A stretch of 61,353 bases of DNA, the filler included, from Choristocarpus tenellus KU-1152 (Eukaryota; Protista; Phaeophyceae), in NCBI GenBank assembly GCA_964200185.2. It is 10 parts of 10 records of this genome, joined end to end, with 100 filler letters (N's around TTAATTAATTAA, not from the genome) between each part and the next. Parts side by side here need not be neighbours in the genome. Positions count along the whole stretch, not along the records: positions 37,628 to 43,525 come from CAXNAD020009475.1; positions 43,626 to 57,435 come from CAXNAD020001361.1; 8 more parts are not named here. One strand, written 5' to 3'. A program made the position numbers and the translations under genes. Below are positions 39,866 through 53,347 of this stretch, one piece after another (the stretch's first letter is position 1; every line of letters starts with the position of its first letter). Below the pieces are notes generated by a model, which saw only the letters and a list, made by a program, of their open reading frames with translations, was not told the DNA's origin and did no database searches.

Positions 39866-40248
39866 GTAGACGGGAGAGGGACGAGAGGCTACAGTAGGAA
39901 AGGAGTTGTCAAATCCCGTTTATGACAGATAGTGACTGTCACAACACAAGTGGCTCTACTAAGACGTGTCATGCGTTTCAAGCTGGAGACATCAGACAGA
40001 TGGACAAGAAGGGGCCTGTCAGATTCTTGGAATGCTTCCCTTGGTCCTCGCCCTGTGGTATAGGGCTAAGCTAGGTTGGAGGTATAGTAGGGGGTGATAT
40101 AGTAGAGCTGTTATGCAAACAGCAAATAGATGTTAGAGAGATATATTTCACATTTTCGACAACTGTTACTTTTACAAAGGTCTTTGTGATATTAGTTTTG
40201 ACATTTCCCCGGAAATATCTGCAAAATGTCGAAGGGTATAATAATATT
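39866..40248 (+). mobile_element. RLE-type LINE copy C3, 3' end with hairpin/TAA tail
   Basis: Reverse complement of the C1/C2 3' region, running to ATCTGCAAAATGTCGAAGGGTATAATAAT. Confidence 0.75.
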
Positions 40249-40257
40249 GCCAACCAA

Positions 40258-41298
40258 CACCACAAAGGACCCCTGTAGAAGCAACAGTTGTCGTAAATGT
40301 GAAGATACATCTTATAATCTATTTTAATATTTGAATGTATACTACAAACACTCCCTTAAAGCTTGGTGCTTACAGTGTTATTGTGTATGCTGCTGCTAGC
40401 CTCCAACCTAGCTTAGTCTTACACCACTGGGTGAGGAGCTAGGGATCATCTCAAGAATCTGACAAGCCCCTCCTTGCCCATCTTCCTGGTATCTCCAGCT
40501 TGAAACACATGACGTGTCTCGAGAGAACCACTTGTGTAGCCACAGACACTATCTGTTGTAAGCGGGATTTGACAGTCCCTTCTCTGTTATAACCTCCCGC
40601 CTCTCGCCCCCACAATGTGCATATAGCCAGCTCATTTTCCGCTTGCTTTCCGAACCGTCCAAAACTTTCCATCACGAAGGTGTTGAGGTTAAAACTGTTG
40701 TTAAAACTCATTGTGGGTGCGCTTTCCTACCTCAACTGCAGCAGCAGTCACACTACTGCCGGTGAATGAGTGGGGCAGATGGGATGCTGCTTGTACTTCT
40801 CCAAAAGCAAACATCTAGGAGGAAGCCTTCGTTCTGGTAGGAAGCTGATCCAGCATGCGCAATTGCCCCAGTATGGAACACCATGCCGAAATTCCTGTCC
40901 ATTGTGAATGGGCTACTATCCTCCATATGCAAGGGATGCCCGTTCTTATAGAGTTGACCTAGACGCTTGCCATTGACGTGTGACGGCGTACCCGTCCCCC
41001 TGCCCTAAGGAAGGTACGAGCATGTCTAGTATAAACAATATGCCTCCTTCACCCGGCCATTACGCACCTATTGGATAGGGCCTCCTCCCTCCCCACGGAT
41101 CTGCTGGCATTAAGTCTAAACTCTATGGGAAGGACCTGGCGTGCTGATTCCAGGGGTTGTGTGAAGGCCCATGCATTTGCCCCTAGTCCACGCTGGCTCC
41201 AGTGGCAGGCCAAGGACAGCAAAGAAATTCCCTCTCTTGTTCTGCAACTTCTAGGAGGTTGGCTAATTGCATCCAGGAAGAGTCGAACCGGATCCTGT
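40258..41298 (-). mobile_element. RLE-type LINE copy C4
   Basis: Colinear with C2; SFNLNTFVMESFGRFGKQAE...RLQQIVSVATQVVLSR. Confidence 0.8.
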
Positions 41299-41770
41299 AT
41301 TTATGGAATATTGGCAGGAGGGTTTAAAAACGTGTTATGTCGAATCCTCAACATTTTGTTAACGACAATCTCGGACTTGTCATCAAAGTCGTCATGTTGA
41401 CGATATTTCGGTTATACTCCAGAGTACATAGTAGAGTATATACTTCCCTTGTGTATTTGCATTGTACAACCCCCTTCCTACTTTTTTTAGCTACACCCTA
41501 TCATCATATAGCATTGAATATCTTTGGATATGCATTTCAAAATTGTGTGTGATTAGGATCCCCGTCCCAAGCTTTTTGGCATTTTAACGTTTCATCACTC
41601 ATCTTGTCGTGCGTATCCTTTTTTGTGTATTCTTCGTGAGTTGTTTATGGTACTGATTCACTCTTTGGTCCCAATACTCCTGGTCTAAGGGATGTGGTTG
41701 ACTGAACTGTCCTTGTTGCATGGGAACAATCTTGCATTTATATATTATTATTATTAAGTGTGGGTATGGT

Positions 41771-42700
41771 TTGGAAGGATGCAGTCATCACACAGAGTGC
41801 TGCACAAGAAAGGATCGAACAGGTTGTGGTATCCACTGTTGAGGGGTCTCATTGATGGCGCACACGGTGGCAAGGTACTCCTCACTCAAGGTTTTTGCGC
41901 GACGGTTGGGAGATTAGCTGAAGCTGGAGAGCATACTCCATGAGGAACAGTAGTGTTTCACCATGGATATGACGTACACGGTAGGAACCCTTTGAAGAGC
42001 TGGGTAGGCTGGGGAGAGTATTTCTAGTAGCATGTATTTCCATTGTATAGTAGCATGTGCTGTGTTGACCCATAGTGCTATAGAAAGTATATGACTCGGA
42101 CTCTCTGAGAAGATTATTTTCACCTATCCTCTCATTCTATGATGGATTGCAGGCATGCGTCCATGTGCATGATTCAGATTGTACTGGTTTGAGATTGTAC
42201 TGGTCCCTTGAGAAGGGTGTGTTCTTGGTCCCACCATCCGCTACAACATCTTCACTGCAGCGGTAAGCACAGCAGTTAAGGAGTTCACTTCTGATCCAGG
42301 CCATCTCGAAGGACCTTGTTGTAATCAAGAGCGAACGGTCACAGACAACTACACCAGAGGAGGAGGAAGAGGGAGTGGAATAGCACTTTGACGGCTCCTG
42401 TGGGGTATGCTACAAGGCTAGAAATGAGAGTACTGTGACTAAGACAAAAGAAGGTTTGGCCAGGGTGATGATGATTATAATGTTCATGAAGATTACCAGG
42501 TCATCCGGGCTCACCACATTGGAGGTGAAGATGGAGACCATGTGCCTTCAACCTCTCTATAAGGCTGCAGATATCATCATGCAGATATCCAGGCGTTGGG
42601 CCAGTACTACAAGTAGACTGACAGGTTTGTTCACCTTGGAGTCACCATCAGTGACAAAACGAAATCCATCTTGCTGGGTAGCTGGCTGGGTCACTGGGTA
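41771..42700 (+). mobile_element. Decayed RTE-clade LINE reverse-transcriptase fragment
   Basis: Frameshifted motifs in the expected order: KDAVI, VLHKK, AHGGKVLL, ILHEEQ, GMR, WFE, EGCVLGP, YNIF, LWGML, GLT...KMETMC, FVHLGVTIS. Confidence 0.75.
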
Positions 42701-42942
42701 AGTATGGTTATTTTTCGTAGTAAATCATAAGACTGTAATCTGTGTAATCACTTGATTTTTTCAACACATCAGTCAAGTTTATTTGCCTGGGCATATTTGT
42801 CCTTGTTTTTATCCAATGCCATACACGAGGTAGGCTAATGTCCCTGAGGGATATATATCCTCGGTTTCACTCCATACCCTCGGGAACCGGTAAGTAGTCT
42901 AGCACTCTTTGCTCCTCTACTTAGGCTCACGTTGTTCCCAGC

Positions 42943-43201
42943 GAGTGAAAGTATCTTGGAGGGTACGAGTTTTGCCCTGTTTGTCCGGTTGGGGCTTGGC
43001 TTCCCATGGGTTTTTTTATGACATTTTCCTACTCCAAAATATTTCGGAGTAGGAAAAATGTGTATATTATGAAAAAGTGTGTCCAGAACAAGGATATTGA
43101 CACTTCCTAGCAAACATGATAGCCAAAGATGTATCGAAATCACGACATTGGATTTTGGCCCCCAAATGGACGCGGCTCTACCCTCTAAGATATTTTGACT
43201 C
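42943..43201. mobile_element. MITE A1, complete
   Basis: GAGTGAAAGTATCTTGGAGGGTAC...CTAAGATATTTTGACTC; flanks AGC/AGT. Confidence 0.85.
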
Positions 43202-43481
43202 AGTGCGATGAGGTCCCTCGTGTACCAGAAATTTGGTCTGTAGGTAATCGTCCTGGTGGAAAAACTGCATTTTCAACCTTCCTCCTCCCACTCGAAAAGG
43301 GCAATATGAGGGTGTTGTTCATGGTCTATGTGGGGGCAAGGGTTTTCCTTGATCAGACCTTCCAATGCGTGGAGTGTGTTGGTGGTTGGAGCTGCGGTAC
43401 CCAAGGGACCAGGGAGGGTGTGTGGCTTGCGGTCCATTGTGTTGCTGTGTGTTCGTACCTGTGTCTTGGACTATTTTGTGA

Positions 43482-43525
43482 GAGCCAAAGTATCTTAGAG
43501 GGTAGAGCCGCGTCCATTTGGGGGC
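43482..43525. mobile_element. MITE A1 left end, cut by contig end
   Basis: GAGCCAAAGTATCTTAGAGGGTAGAGCCGCGTCC. Confidence 0.8.
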
Positions 43526-43627
43526 NNNNNNNNNNNNNNNNNNNNNNNNNNNNNNNNNNNNNNNNNNNNTTAATTAATTAANNNNNNNNNNNNNNNNNNN
43601 NNNNNNNNNNNNNNNNNNNNNNNNNAA

Positions 43628-44010
43628 CAATAGTAATAGTAATAGTAATAGTAATAGTAATAGTAATAGTAATAGTAATAGTAATAGTAATAGTAATAGT
43701 AATAGTAATAGTAATAGTAATAGTAATAGTAATAGTAATAGTAATAGTAATAGTAATAGCAATAGTAATAGCAATAGCAATAGCAATAGTAATAGTAATA
43801 GTAATAGTAATAGTAATAGCAATAGCAATAGCAATAGCAATAGCAATAGCAATAGCAATAGCAATAGTAATAGCAATAATAGCAATAGCAATAGTACTAG
43901 CAATAGTAATAGTAATAGCAATAGTAATAGTAATAGTAATAGCAATAGCAATAGCAATAGCAATAGAAATAGTAGTAGTAATAGTAGTAGTAGTAGCAAT
44001 AGTAGTAACA
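43628..44010. repeat. (AATAGT)n/(AATAGC)n hexamer microsatellite
   Basis: Seen directly; source of the poly-L and poly-IT ORFs. Confidence 0.95.
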
Positions 44011-44216
44011 ATGGCAGAAATAACAAAAATAACATCATTGATAGGCATCTGTGCATGTGGTGACAAGAAGGGACAGTGATACATGTAGTCGATATGTGGG
44101 TGAGGGGTTACGTATAGAACAATACTGAAAAAGGGTAACACTGTAACATGATAGTTATTTATTAGCTAGGTATTCTACAACAAGGAACAATTTTGACTGA
44201 ATGTACTGCTAACCCT

Positions 44217-44259
<43 letters not shown>

Positions 44260-44754
44260 AATATACATATCTATGCTTATCCTGGTGCCTATGCCACCTG
44301 GAATTGACATTCATGCCCACAGCATTGCCTTGGAGGTGTGGTGCAAGTCTCCTGCCCAAGCTTTCCCGGTCCACACCTAGGAACTCTAGGGGTCCTGAAG
44401 GCGAAAATCCCTCCCACGCCTGACAACATGGAGGAGTCTAGGTGTGGTCCTTTGAAAACAAGGCTGTGGGCAATCGAACTATTCATTCCTCTTCTGATGG
44501 TCATCGAGACACATCCACTCAGTGTTTCAATTCTCGCTCACTTTCTTCTTTTCAATTTTGAAAGTCCCTCTCTACACACATAGTGCCTACTCATTGTTGT
44601 TACTAATCATTATCACTCGCGATTTAGTAACCCTAACCCTAACTACTCATACAGTAGACACTTCCTATCAAACCATTTTGTGCTCATTTTTCATATCGTT
44701 ATCATCACAATATATATATATATATTTAATAATCGTTATCATCACATAACTTCT

Positions 44755-44794
<40 letters not shown>

Positions 44795-44930
44795 TCTTGC
44801 ACAGTACTGATACTATCAATATTACTTTCAGTACGAGGTTTTCAAGTGTGCCAAGGCGTTCTTGTTATCTACTATGGTTCAATGGGAGATCTAAATGCTA
44901 TGGTACTAAGTGTTATGTTGCACTATTTAG

Positions 44931-45171
44931 TTTCGAGAGAGTACAAGTTTTGCCCTGTCTGTTCATTTGGTGCTTGGCTTCCCACTTTTTCTTATTTTTT
45001 TATTTTCCTACTCCAAAATGTTCCAGAGTAGATAAAATGCATACATTATGAAAATGTGTGTCCAGAACAAGCATATTTACACTTCCTAACAAACACGATA
45101 GCCAAAATTACATCAAAATCGTAACATTGGATTTTGCCCCCAAACGGACGCGACTCTACCCTCTAAGATAC
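44931..45171. mobile_element. MITE A1 with eroded ends
   Basis: Body matches 42943-43201; ends CTCTACCCTCTAAGATAC. Confidence 0.75.
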
Positions 45172-45758
45172 AATGACACTTTATTTAAACTTGCCACCTC
45201 CCCTGGAATCAGGCTGGCACTTCATTTTCCTCTGGGTTAACACTTCTCCACGCTACCCCTCCCCCTCCCCCCATGTGTCACATGGACAGAATGCAGAGGA
45301 ATAGATACAATTGACCTCAGGAATCCTGCCTTTCATATACACAATATCAAATGAGTACATAATTCTTCACTATGCCGCCACCCATTCTCTTCCTCAGACC
45401 TTTGGATTTGGAAGGGGCCATGGAAGATCCCTGCCCAAGCGCCACAAGGGATGGTGGAAGGGCAGTGGAAGAAAAATCTTCTAGAGTGCCCCAAGGGCTT
45501 ATGCTTGACATGCAGGTGATGATGAAATCTGCATACTTTTCCTCTGAGTTCTTGGAGTGTTTATTGAGGATTCAGATGGGTCGATCTCTTGATCCTTAGC
45601 TGTAGAAGCGTCTGAATGCATGTGCGTGCATGCTTGAGGTACTTGTGCCTAACACCCACAACTATAGTGAGGCTAGAAATATAGTGTGCACCATCCCATG
45701 TCTACAGCTCTTGCTGGTTGTCATGATACTCCCAAAGTGAGTGGTACGAGCAGAAATA

Positions 45759-45941
45759 GACTCAAAGTATCTGGGGGGGGGGAGGTGGCGACTGTCCATT
45801 TGGGGCCAATTTTTTCATGTCGCAACTTTTGTGTGATTTGGTTGCATACGTCGGATGGATAATGCAAGAGCACTTTTCCTGGTTATGACCCAAATAGTCA
45901 CCCTGGTGTAAACACCCCCCCCCCCCTAGATACTTTGGGTC
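45759..45941. mobile_element. MITE A2, complete (183 bp), ATA TSD
   Basis: GACTCAAAGTATCT...AGATACTTTGGGTC, flanked by ATA on both sides. Confidence 0.85.
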
Positions 45942-46311
45942 ATACTCACAGAATAAATTATTTCATCTGAATTTCGACTCTGGTTTGTGGTGATAACATA
46001 CTTGTTCATACCAACAAGGGTGCGTGCTAACAGTATACCTGTCAAAAAAAAATTGCCCTCAATTGAAGACAACGCCCACCAGTTTCAAAGCGTTGATGTG
46101 ATCAACGGACATCTTTTTTTTACCTTCTGTCTCCAAAATACCAATACTCAGCTTTCTCAATGCTGCCTACAAAGCCTTGTGCTTCCAGCAGCCGAAAATA
46201 TTATTTGTTCATAATGTTGGTACAAATTGCACTGATTGAAATGCCACCAATAGTACCACTGAGGAAGGGAGCGTGTGCATTGGATAAAGATGTCTTTTTG
46301 CTCATTGCAAC

Positions 46312-46370
46312 ATACCTACCTACCTACCTACCTACCTACCTACCTACCTACCTACCTACATACATACATA
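46312..46370. repeat. (CCTA)n(CATA)n microsatellite
   Basis: Seen directly. Confidence 0.9.
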
Positions 46371-49300
46371 CACAATTATTCACACTGTACATACAGGCTG
46401 TCTATTGGTGTAAAGGCTACTCAAATACACTTAATACTAGAAAAATGGATGGTTCAAAATATCAGGGTAGGTAGGTTTGATGTGAGCACCGCATTTCTGA
46501 TGAGATAACAATTAAAAACACAGACAATAATCATTCACTTTCACGACACAGCTTCAACCTTTGGTGGTGTACCTGAGTCAGACCATAGCAACAGATTGGA
46601 GAACATTCAACTGTGATAGAATCAATGTGTGTGGAGTGAGGGGGGGGGGTAGGAGTTTCTAGAGGCTGCTCTTCGCCCTCATCATGTCTCCACTAGACTG
46701 TATGTCCCCAATCCTTCACCTCAAAGTAAACAAAAAACAGTTCGGCAGATTCCTGGCTAAGTTGGAAATTCTGGAATTCCACCAAGCGTGAAATTGGAGG
46801 CCAGTGGAGCAGTATAATGCAATGCACATCTATAACAAACTCAACATATACTGTCAATGGTTTCATTCTCAGTCTTCATTCTTAGTCACTCCGTACTGCT
46901 GACTAATTTGAAACCCTGTTACAAACGATTTTAAGTTTTCTGGTTGCTGTTGAATGATTTGATTTTTTTTTTCATCGTCTTGGATCCTTAACCCTAAGCA
47001 CTTCGTGACAGGGTAGTAAATGCACCATTGATGTGCTGATGTTCTTTCAACGCTCTCAAGAACTAGAACAAATCATGTGACAGGCATAGCGTGCACAATA
47101 TGATAGACATAACGTTTTTTAGACTTGAAGAAATCCACATACATTGAGGGCAAAGTGCTAGCTTTGGGTTCAGTGCAAGACAGGGCTATTCCTCCTATCA
47201 ACTGTCAATGAATGCACTGTACAAGCATGTTTACCCCCCTGGTCTATACCCGATCCTCTTATCCCCTACATGTTTCATGTGCTTTTCTTGATGTGATAGG
47301 ATGTAGAAGCCCCCCCCCGAAGCAGGGGATGGGCCACCAACACTGCTGTTGGGAATCTGACAGACCTCAGGCCACCTGCACCACTGTCTGCCAGGGCACG
47401 TATGCTATGCCCTCAGGAGGTGAGCAGAAAATAACGACAAAAAATTATCAGAGTGGTAGTATGGCATGGTGAGGTTTGTTTCTAAGCTATTTGGCTAGGG
47501 TTTGAGTTGGACGTGTGAGGTGTTGATGAGATCCATGCCCTTGTAGAGAGGAGTGTTGTTGAGTATTTGGGGTCCATGCGACTGCCTTCTGGCGAATGTG
47601 CTTTTAGGGCTCTGGAGGTCGACTTCATGCTTATGTGGACTAATGTTTGTCTCCTCCTCTATAGCCACAACCTTCTAAGGGGGGATAGGTGTGGGAATGA
47701 GATTTCGGGCAATTGGTTTTAAAGTCACAAATACTGAGAAGGTCTGATTTGATCCCCGCTTCACCCTCTTACATAGGATGACAGGGCATGATGCCCTTTC
47801 CTGCTGGAAATGTGTTCCCTCAACTTCCAAAAACCCAACAGAGAGATTCATGTACAACATCCTCTTTAACCTGTCCCTTCTGATGCTCTGTTTCCATCCA
47901 TCTTTGCTTCCGTTTGCATTTGAGTCCTGCTTCCTAAGATCCACCATAGACTCGAGAACACTTTTCTGTTATAGTGTATTTTAGGACACAACAGTCTTTA
48001 GTGTTGAGGTTCATCAAATCCTTTACCCTGACCACACTGGACCCTGTCAGATGACGGCTTCTCCGCGAGCACTGGCTGTGGACTCTGATCCGGTGGGCCA
48101 CCCACCCAGGTCCCCTGCTTTTGCCGCAACAAACACAGAGGGTTCCAAGGGGAAGCGCCAGAGCGGCTGGGAGCCTTCTTCAACAGCAAAGTTTTGAGCT
48201 ATTGATACCTGTTCCCCAACAAAATCCCTAGAATCTTTGAGCTAGCCTGTGGTTTCATCAGTAACCACAGGTTTCACCATGTAACATGAGCCCAGGTCTC
48301 AGCTGTAAAGATGGGCAGAAAGAAGTCATTAGCAGGGTACCAAGGATGCGTGGGAATGAAGCACCCTTGAGCATCCCTTGAGAGAGCACGTCATGAAAAT
48401 CGGCAAATTTATTCTGACACAAGCCAGACAGGAAATCTCTGCCTTTTCCTGTTTTTATTCTGTGGGTAGGATGCTTGTATTGTCGTGGCTGTTATATGTG
48501 TATGACCTATCATCTTATCCTTGTCTTCATTGATTGTTCCATAGTAAGTTGTAATGGAGCAACAATCCGGATGTTGGTTAAGGACAGTGCAAGAGGAGGG
48601 AGTCTGATCAGCGGGTAGCTCCTTTGTCCAGGCAGTTGACTTTACAACAGGTGGTTGATCAACTTAGCCAGGCTTTGTGTTTGGTATGTAGCAGGGGATG
48701 AGGAAGACGAGGAGTCTTGTGAATGTACTGTGCTACATATGTCTTTCATACTCATTTGTACCCATTTTTTGTCTAAAAGTAACGCACCGGGGTGATCGGT
48801 TTTCCCCTTGTTTCATTGTCCTTGTTGCAAATACTCCTGGAGTAACAACTAACTCGAACCTTCGGCTTGAGGGTTTGCTTTTTTTTATTGTCTTCAACAA
48901 TAGATGCTAAAAAAAAGAGCATGGAAATTCAAAGTATTCTGTTTCACAAAAAATGTTACAGTAAACGAATTCAACCATACCCTGCTGCACTATGAAAAAG
49001 ACATTCGTGGTATTCAAGGTCTTGCAGGAAGTATTACACAAACGCGTAATTCGTAAACAGCAACCGAGATTGAGGGACATAGCAAATATAAGAACGGTGA
49101 CAATTATTTACACCAAGGAGACGAGGGATATGTGCCACAGTGAACCAATGGCAAGAATTTCCATCATAGCCCAGTCCTTTCCCTTTCGAGTTATTATTTT
49201 AAATGTTGGTGATACTTCTTCTAACAGTCTATCATAGTATACTTTGAAGCGAAACGGGGGAGTTGATAAGAAAACGCCCCTCACTTTTCCTGAGTGCCAC

Positions 49301-49469
49301 CATATAAGACCCCACACTGGAATTGTCTTGAAATTGTAAACTTGTATTTATATATGTAGAATCGAAAATCGAGTATTTTGTTTTGCTCAAGAATTCTGGA
49401 TTATTATTATTATTGTATTCTATGTTTGCATCCCACCCATTCCCCTCCTTGGCATTGTACCACCAATTG

Positions 49470-49740
49470 TGACCAACCAGTTGACCCCTTCGCCACTGAT
49501 ATCCAATCAACACACCACACAAAAAAAAAAAAAAACAATACAAACTCCTTCCACCATTGATTTCCAGCCATCGCCCTCTGATGACCAACCCGTGTGAACC
49601 CCCTTCACCACTGATTTCCAGTCACCCCCTACATCCGATGACTAACCAGTTGACCCCTTCGCCACTGATTTCCAGTCACCACCCCAATCTTCAACCCCAC
49701 TCAACCCCACACCAGTTACCACTCCACTCCACCCAACATC
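49470..49740. repeat. Repeat H, second locus
   Basis: About four GACCAACC...CCCCTTC.CCACTGATTTCCAG units. Confidence 0.8.
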
Positions 49741-50509
49741 AGTTATCACTCCGCTCAGATCACAATACTTTATACCTTGTAGTGGATCAAAACCAAGATT
49801 ATTATTACCAGTTGTCACACTTGTGATATTTATTTTTCACTATTTAATGGACCTCATAGTGTTGCCTTGTATCATGATGACATTATGAGCTGCAGTAGTG
49901 AATTCTCGAGCATCATCCACTATACTCAAAACTTCGTAAGGGTTCTGGGCACCGCTAGTCACTTCTTTATTCGTACACTCTGGTATTCAGTGGTTCGTTG
50001 ATTGATTCTCAAAATAATTTGCTGGTATTTGTATTGTCATAGAGAAAAAGTACACACTACAAAAATAGTCAACTAGGAATTCACTTCCACTATTTAAAAT
50101 GCGAGTTAATAATCGAAATTGTAAGAAGGTGCACAAAGATGCAGTGACTGATATGATAAGCAGCAGGGAAGGTAAGGGCACTATTAAAACACATAGTACT
50201 AAATTGGAATAATATTATGGGGAAGGTGCTTTTTTTTTCGCGTGTTTTGTCCTTGTTTCGAGTATAGTGGTACCATTAGCTTCGCTTTCTAGGGTTGTCC
50301 CGTCCTAACTTTAATGTAGGCGTCGGACTAAAAAAATTAAAAGCACATTCGTGATACCTGTCACAAGGCCCTCCAGAGTACGGGCTTTGTTTTTTTTTCG
50401 ACATTTTTTCTTCTTTTGAAGAAAGAGCGATCATGTTGGGGTTCGAACTCTGGATTGTAGGTCACCAAGAGTGGCAACAGATGCACTATTACTTGATTAA
50501 AGTATAGGG

Positions 50510-51900
50510 TTTAAACAGGAAAAAAGCCTCCCCACTCTTTCATCCTGTTTGTTCGCGCACCCACGTTTTGACCTCGGCAAGGATGTCCTCGTCGAGGCCC
50601 AGGACGAAACGCCTCTTGTAGCGCCCTTGCTCCGACACCTTGATGTGGCCCTTAGCCTAGAAGTCTCTCTCCCATTTACTCACAGTTTCTGACCTGACCA
50701 TCGCATATCCTGCTGCCATCTTGAGCGCTGTTTGACGGTCTTTCCCATCGTTCATACACACGTACAGGATTCGCAGTGTTAGAGCCCTTACTATCACATT
50801 TCCTTGCTGAGCACCAGAAATGGGCGTTGTCCATGTTTCCTGGACAAGTGATATTTTTTCATCAAGGCGCAAGGCCAAGGGAGGACAGGCTTGAGTTGAC
50901 CGAAAATTGTGTTGATTTCTCGAATGAATGCAGGCTGGGAGAAATTCAAATCAACTTTGTACGCCCAACCCCAAGTCCAGGAACAAAAGTGAATATACGG
51001 AATCTTGCAAGAAGTGGGAGACACCAAACCATCAGTGTGTAAATAGTCTCAATCTCACCTCCCTCTTCTTCCCTGGCGTCCTTGTCGATGACTACCTCCA
51101 CCTGCTTCGCAACCTCTTCGATGTAACGGATTTTGAGGTATCGAAAAGTCTCCACAGCTGCCTTTGTTACGATCACTTTCTCCTCCGCCTTGCGAGCCCT
51201 TTCCCCTCCGCCTTGTGAGCCCTTTCGACCTTCTTTCAGGATTCAGAGCCCTTGTAGTCCAACCCTAATACCTTCTTTCTCGTTTCCTTAAGCCACTCCG
51301 CCTCGCACAACTTCCAAACAGCCAGGACCTGCTGCAACTGTCGACTACTAAGATATTCTATACACGGACTATCGCTTAGGCGTTTCCTGAGCGCAATGGC
51401 ACGTAGTCGCACTGCTCTCCTCCCTAACCTTCCCTTCGGGCGGTCACTCTGGTTCTCCCTTCGCCCACTGTGACCAGGCTTCCCCATAGACTTTGTCACT
51501 GCACCTCCTGATGATGGACTTGCCGCTCTCTTCCTGCTTTCCCGGGGTGGCAGAGACTGCAGCTCAGTGCTCCGATGTGGTTGAAGACCCAACCACATTT
51601 GTGTGGTAATGCTTTCAATGCATCTTCTCTCAGCGTCAGTGTCGCGACCGTGTGATCCATTTCGCAATTTGATCATGCTGCTGCACCACACTACTCGCAC
51701 TTTCTTGTCACCTAGCATCGCACTGAGTTTCACACGGTACTGATAAATCTCCGGCCCATCTCAACAGAGAAGGTACCGAGGGTAGATCCAGGGGGCAGAG
51801 TGGCCTCGGCGGCTCTCCTTGTCTCACCGTTGTGGTTCATGTTGGTGTGTAAGTCACATGTGTGTGTGCTCACAGAAAGTCTGCAAAAGGCGTTAAAAAG
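50510..51900 (-). pseudogene. Decayed DNA-transposon ORF, probably the N-terminal part of an IS630/Tc1-related DDE transposase
   Basis: Stop/frameshift-broken reading ending ...TVSKWERDF*AKGHIKVSEQGRYKRRFVLGLDEDILAEVKTWVRE. This resembles the HTH-S.QG.H....DED motif of eukaryotic DDE_3-type transposases. No catalytic domain seen. Confidence 0.45.
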
Positions 51901-52317
51901 ATGTCCAGATAAAAACATGTCTGGAAATATTTTTTTTTCTGCTTTTTTTTCGGTAGGGCCTCACCAGTCAAACTTGACCAGTGACCTACCCCGGACCAGT
52001 TTTCTGGAAGGAGTTCAGCCAACCACTTCATTTTGTCCGTTTTGAAGCCGCAACCTTCAGAATTGCGCCGGATATATTCCCCCTCCTTTTTTCCATTATT
52101 TTATGGAGACATAGTTCCTGTTCAATGAAGTCCGTACATTCCTTCATGCAAACCTTCAAAGGCTCTTGTCATACCCTTTCATTTGATATATATATATATT
52201 GTTGTATATTGGTTGCGGCGATACAGTGAAGAAAAACTATATTGCCACAGAGGTCCAAGCTACTGGTATCACCTTATGCATCCCGCACAAAACATTGACG
52301 AGGCTTTAAATATTATT

Positions 52318-52576
52318 GAGTCAAAGTATCTTAGAAGGTAGAGCTGCGTCCATTTGGAACCAAAATCCAATGTTGCGGTTTGGATGCAATTTTGGTGATA
52401 ATTTTTGTTAGGAAGTGTCAATATCCTTGTTCCGATCACACCTCTTCATAGTGCATACATTTTACCTTCTCCAAAGTATTTCGGAGTAGGAAAAAGTCAT
52501 AAAAAAAAAAACTTGGGAAGCCAAACCGCAAACCGACAAAAAGAGCAAACTCGTACCCTCTAAGATACTTTCACTC
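52318..52576. mobile_element. MITE A1, complete
   Basis: GAGTCAAAGTATCTTAGAAGGTAG...CTAAGATACTTTCACTC; flanks ATT/ACT. Confidence 0.85.
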
Positions 52577-53263
52577 ACTTTTTCGTGTATACTTTTCATC
52601 CTCACTGTAGTCTATGCGGACCTTCTTGATCCATTGTCATAGGCACTACACGCGGCCTGCACTAGAAACTTACTACTTCTGTAACACTTTCCTGTATCGA
52701 ACTATTGCCCTATACACGCGATTACTTGTACTGGCTCCGTTACACAATGGACCCTTTGCAACTCGTACTTGGTCTGACGTTTTCTAGTGTATTGACATAT
52801 CTATGTCATTCATGCGACTTCACTTGATAACTTAACCAACTTTGAACAAAATGAGTGTAAGCACCCATCATTGTTGCTGATAAACCAAAAATATATATTT
52901 CGAGAATCCTTAGGGAGAGTGGCTACCTCTCACACTCGCTAAATTGATAATGTTTTAGAATTACTGGAGAATTAGACTCTGACACAGATTGTTACTCCTA
53001 CTCACTAAAAACGTGTTATGAATAGTAATCAATCTGTGTTGGATATGTAGACAAATTAAATTAGGCCCTCTAAAATAATATAATTTTAACGTGCGCAACA
53101 GATTATCACGTTCACCAAGAGTTCCAGAAATTATGTTTTTATATCAACCCGCCATGATGCATTCACTTACAAAGAAAAACTTGCCTCAAGGGATAAAGTC
53201 GTATTATAATAGGTGTCAGTATATGATGGACGACATATTCGCCTATTTGATCGTATCAACTAT

Positions 53264-53347
53264 TTATTATTATTATGCCCTCTGACATTTTGCAGATGTG
53301 TCAGGGGGAAACCAATGAAAACTATATACATATGTGTGTATATATAT
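53264..53347 (-). mobile_element. 84-bp tail-only retroposon insertion with 14-bp TSD
   Basis: ATCGTATCAACTAT at 53250-53263 and 53348-53361 flanks the hairpin/(TAA)n motif. Confidence 0.85.

Noticed and set aside
43574-44141. Poly-Leu and poly-IT ORFs
   Set aside because: Translations of a hexamer microsatellite running into Ns.
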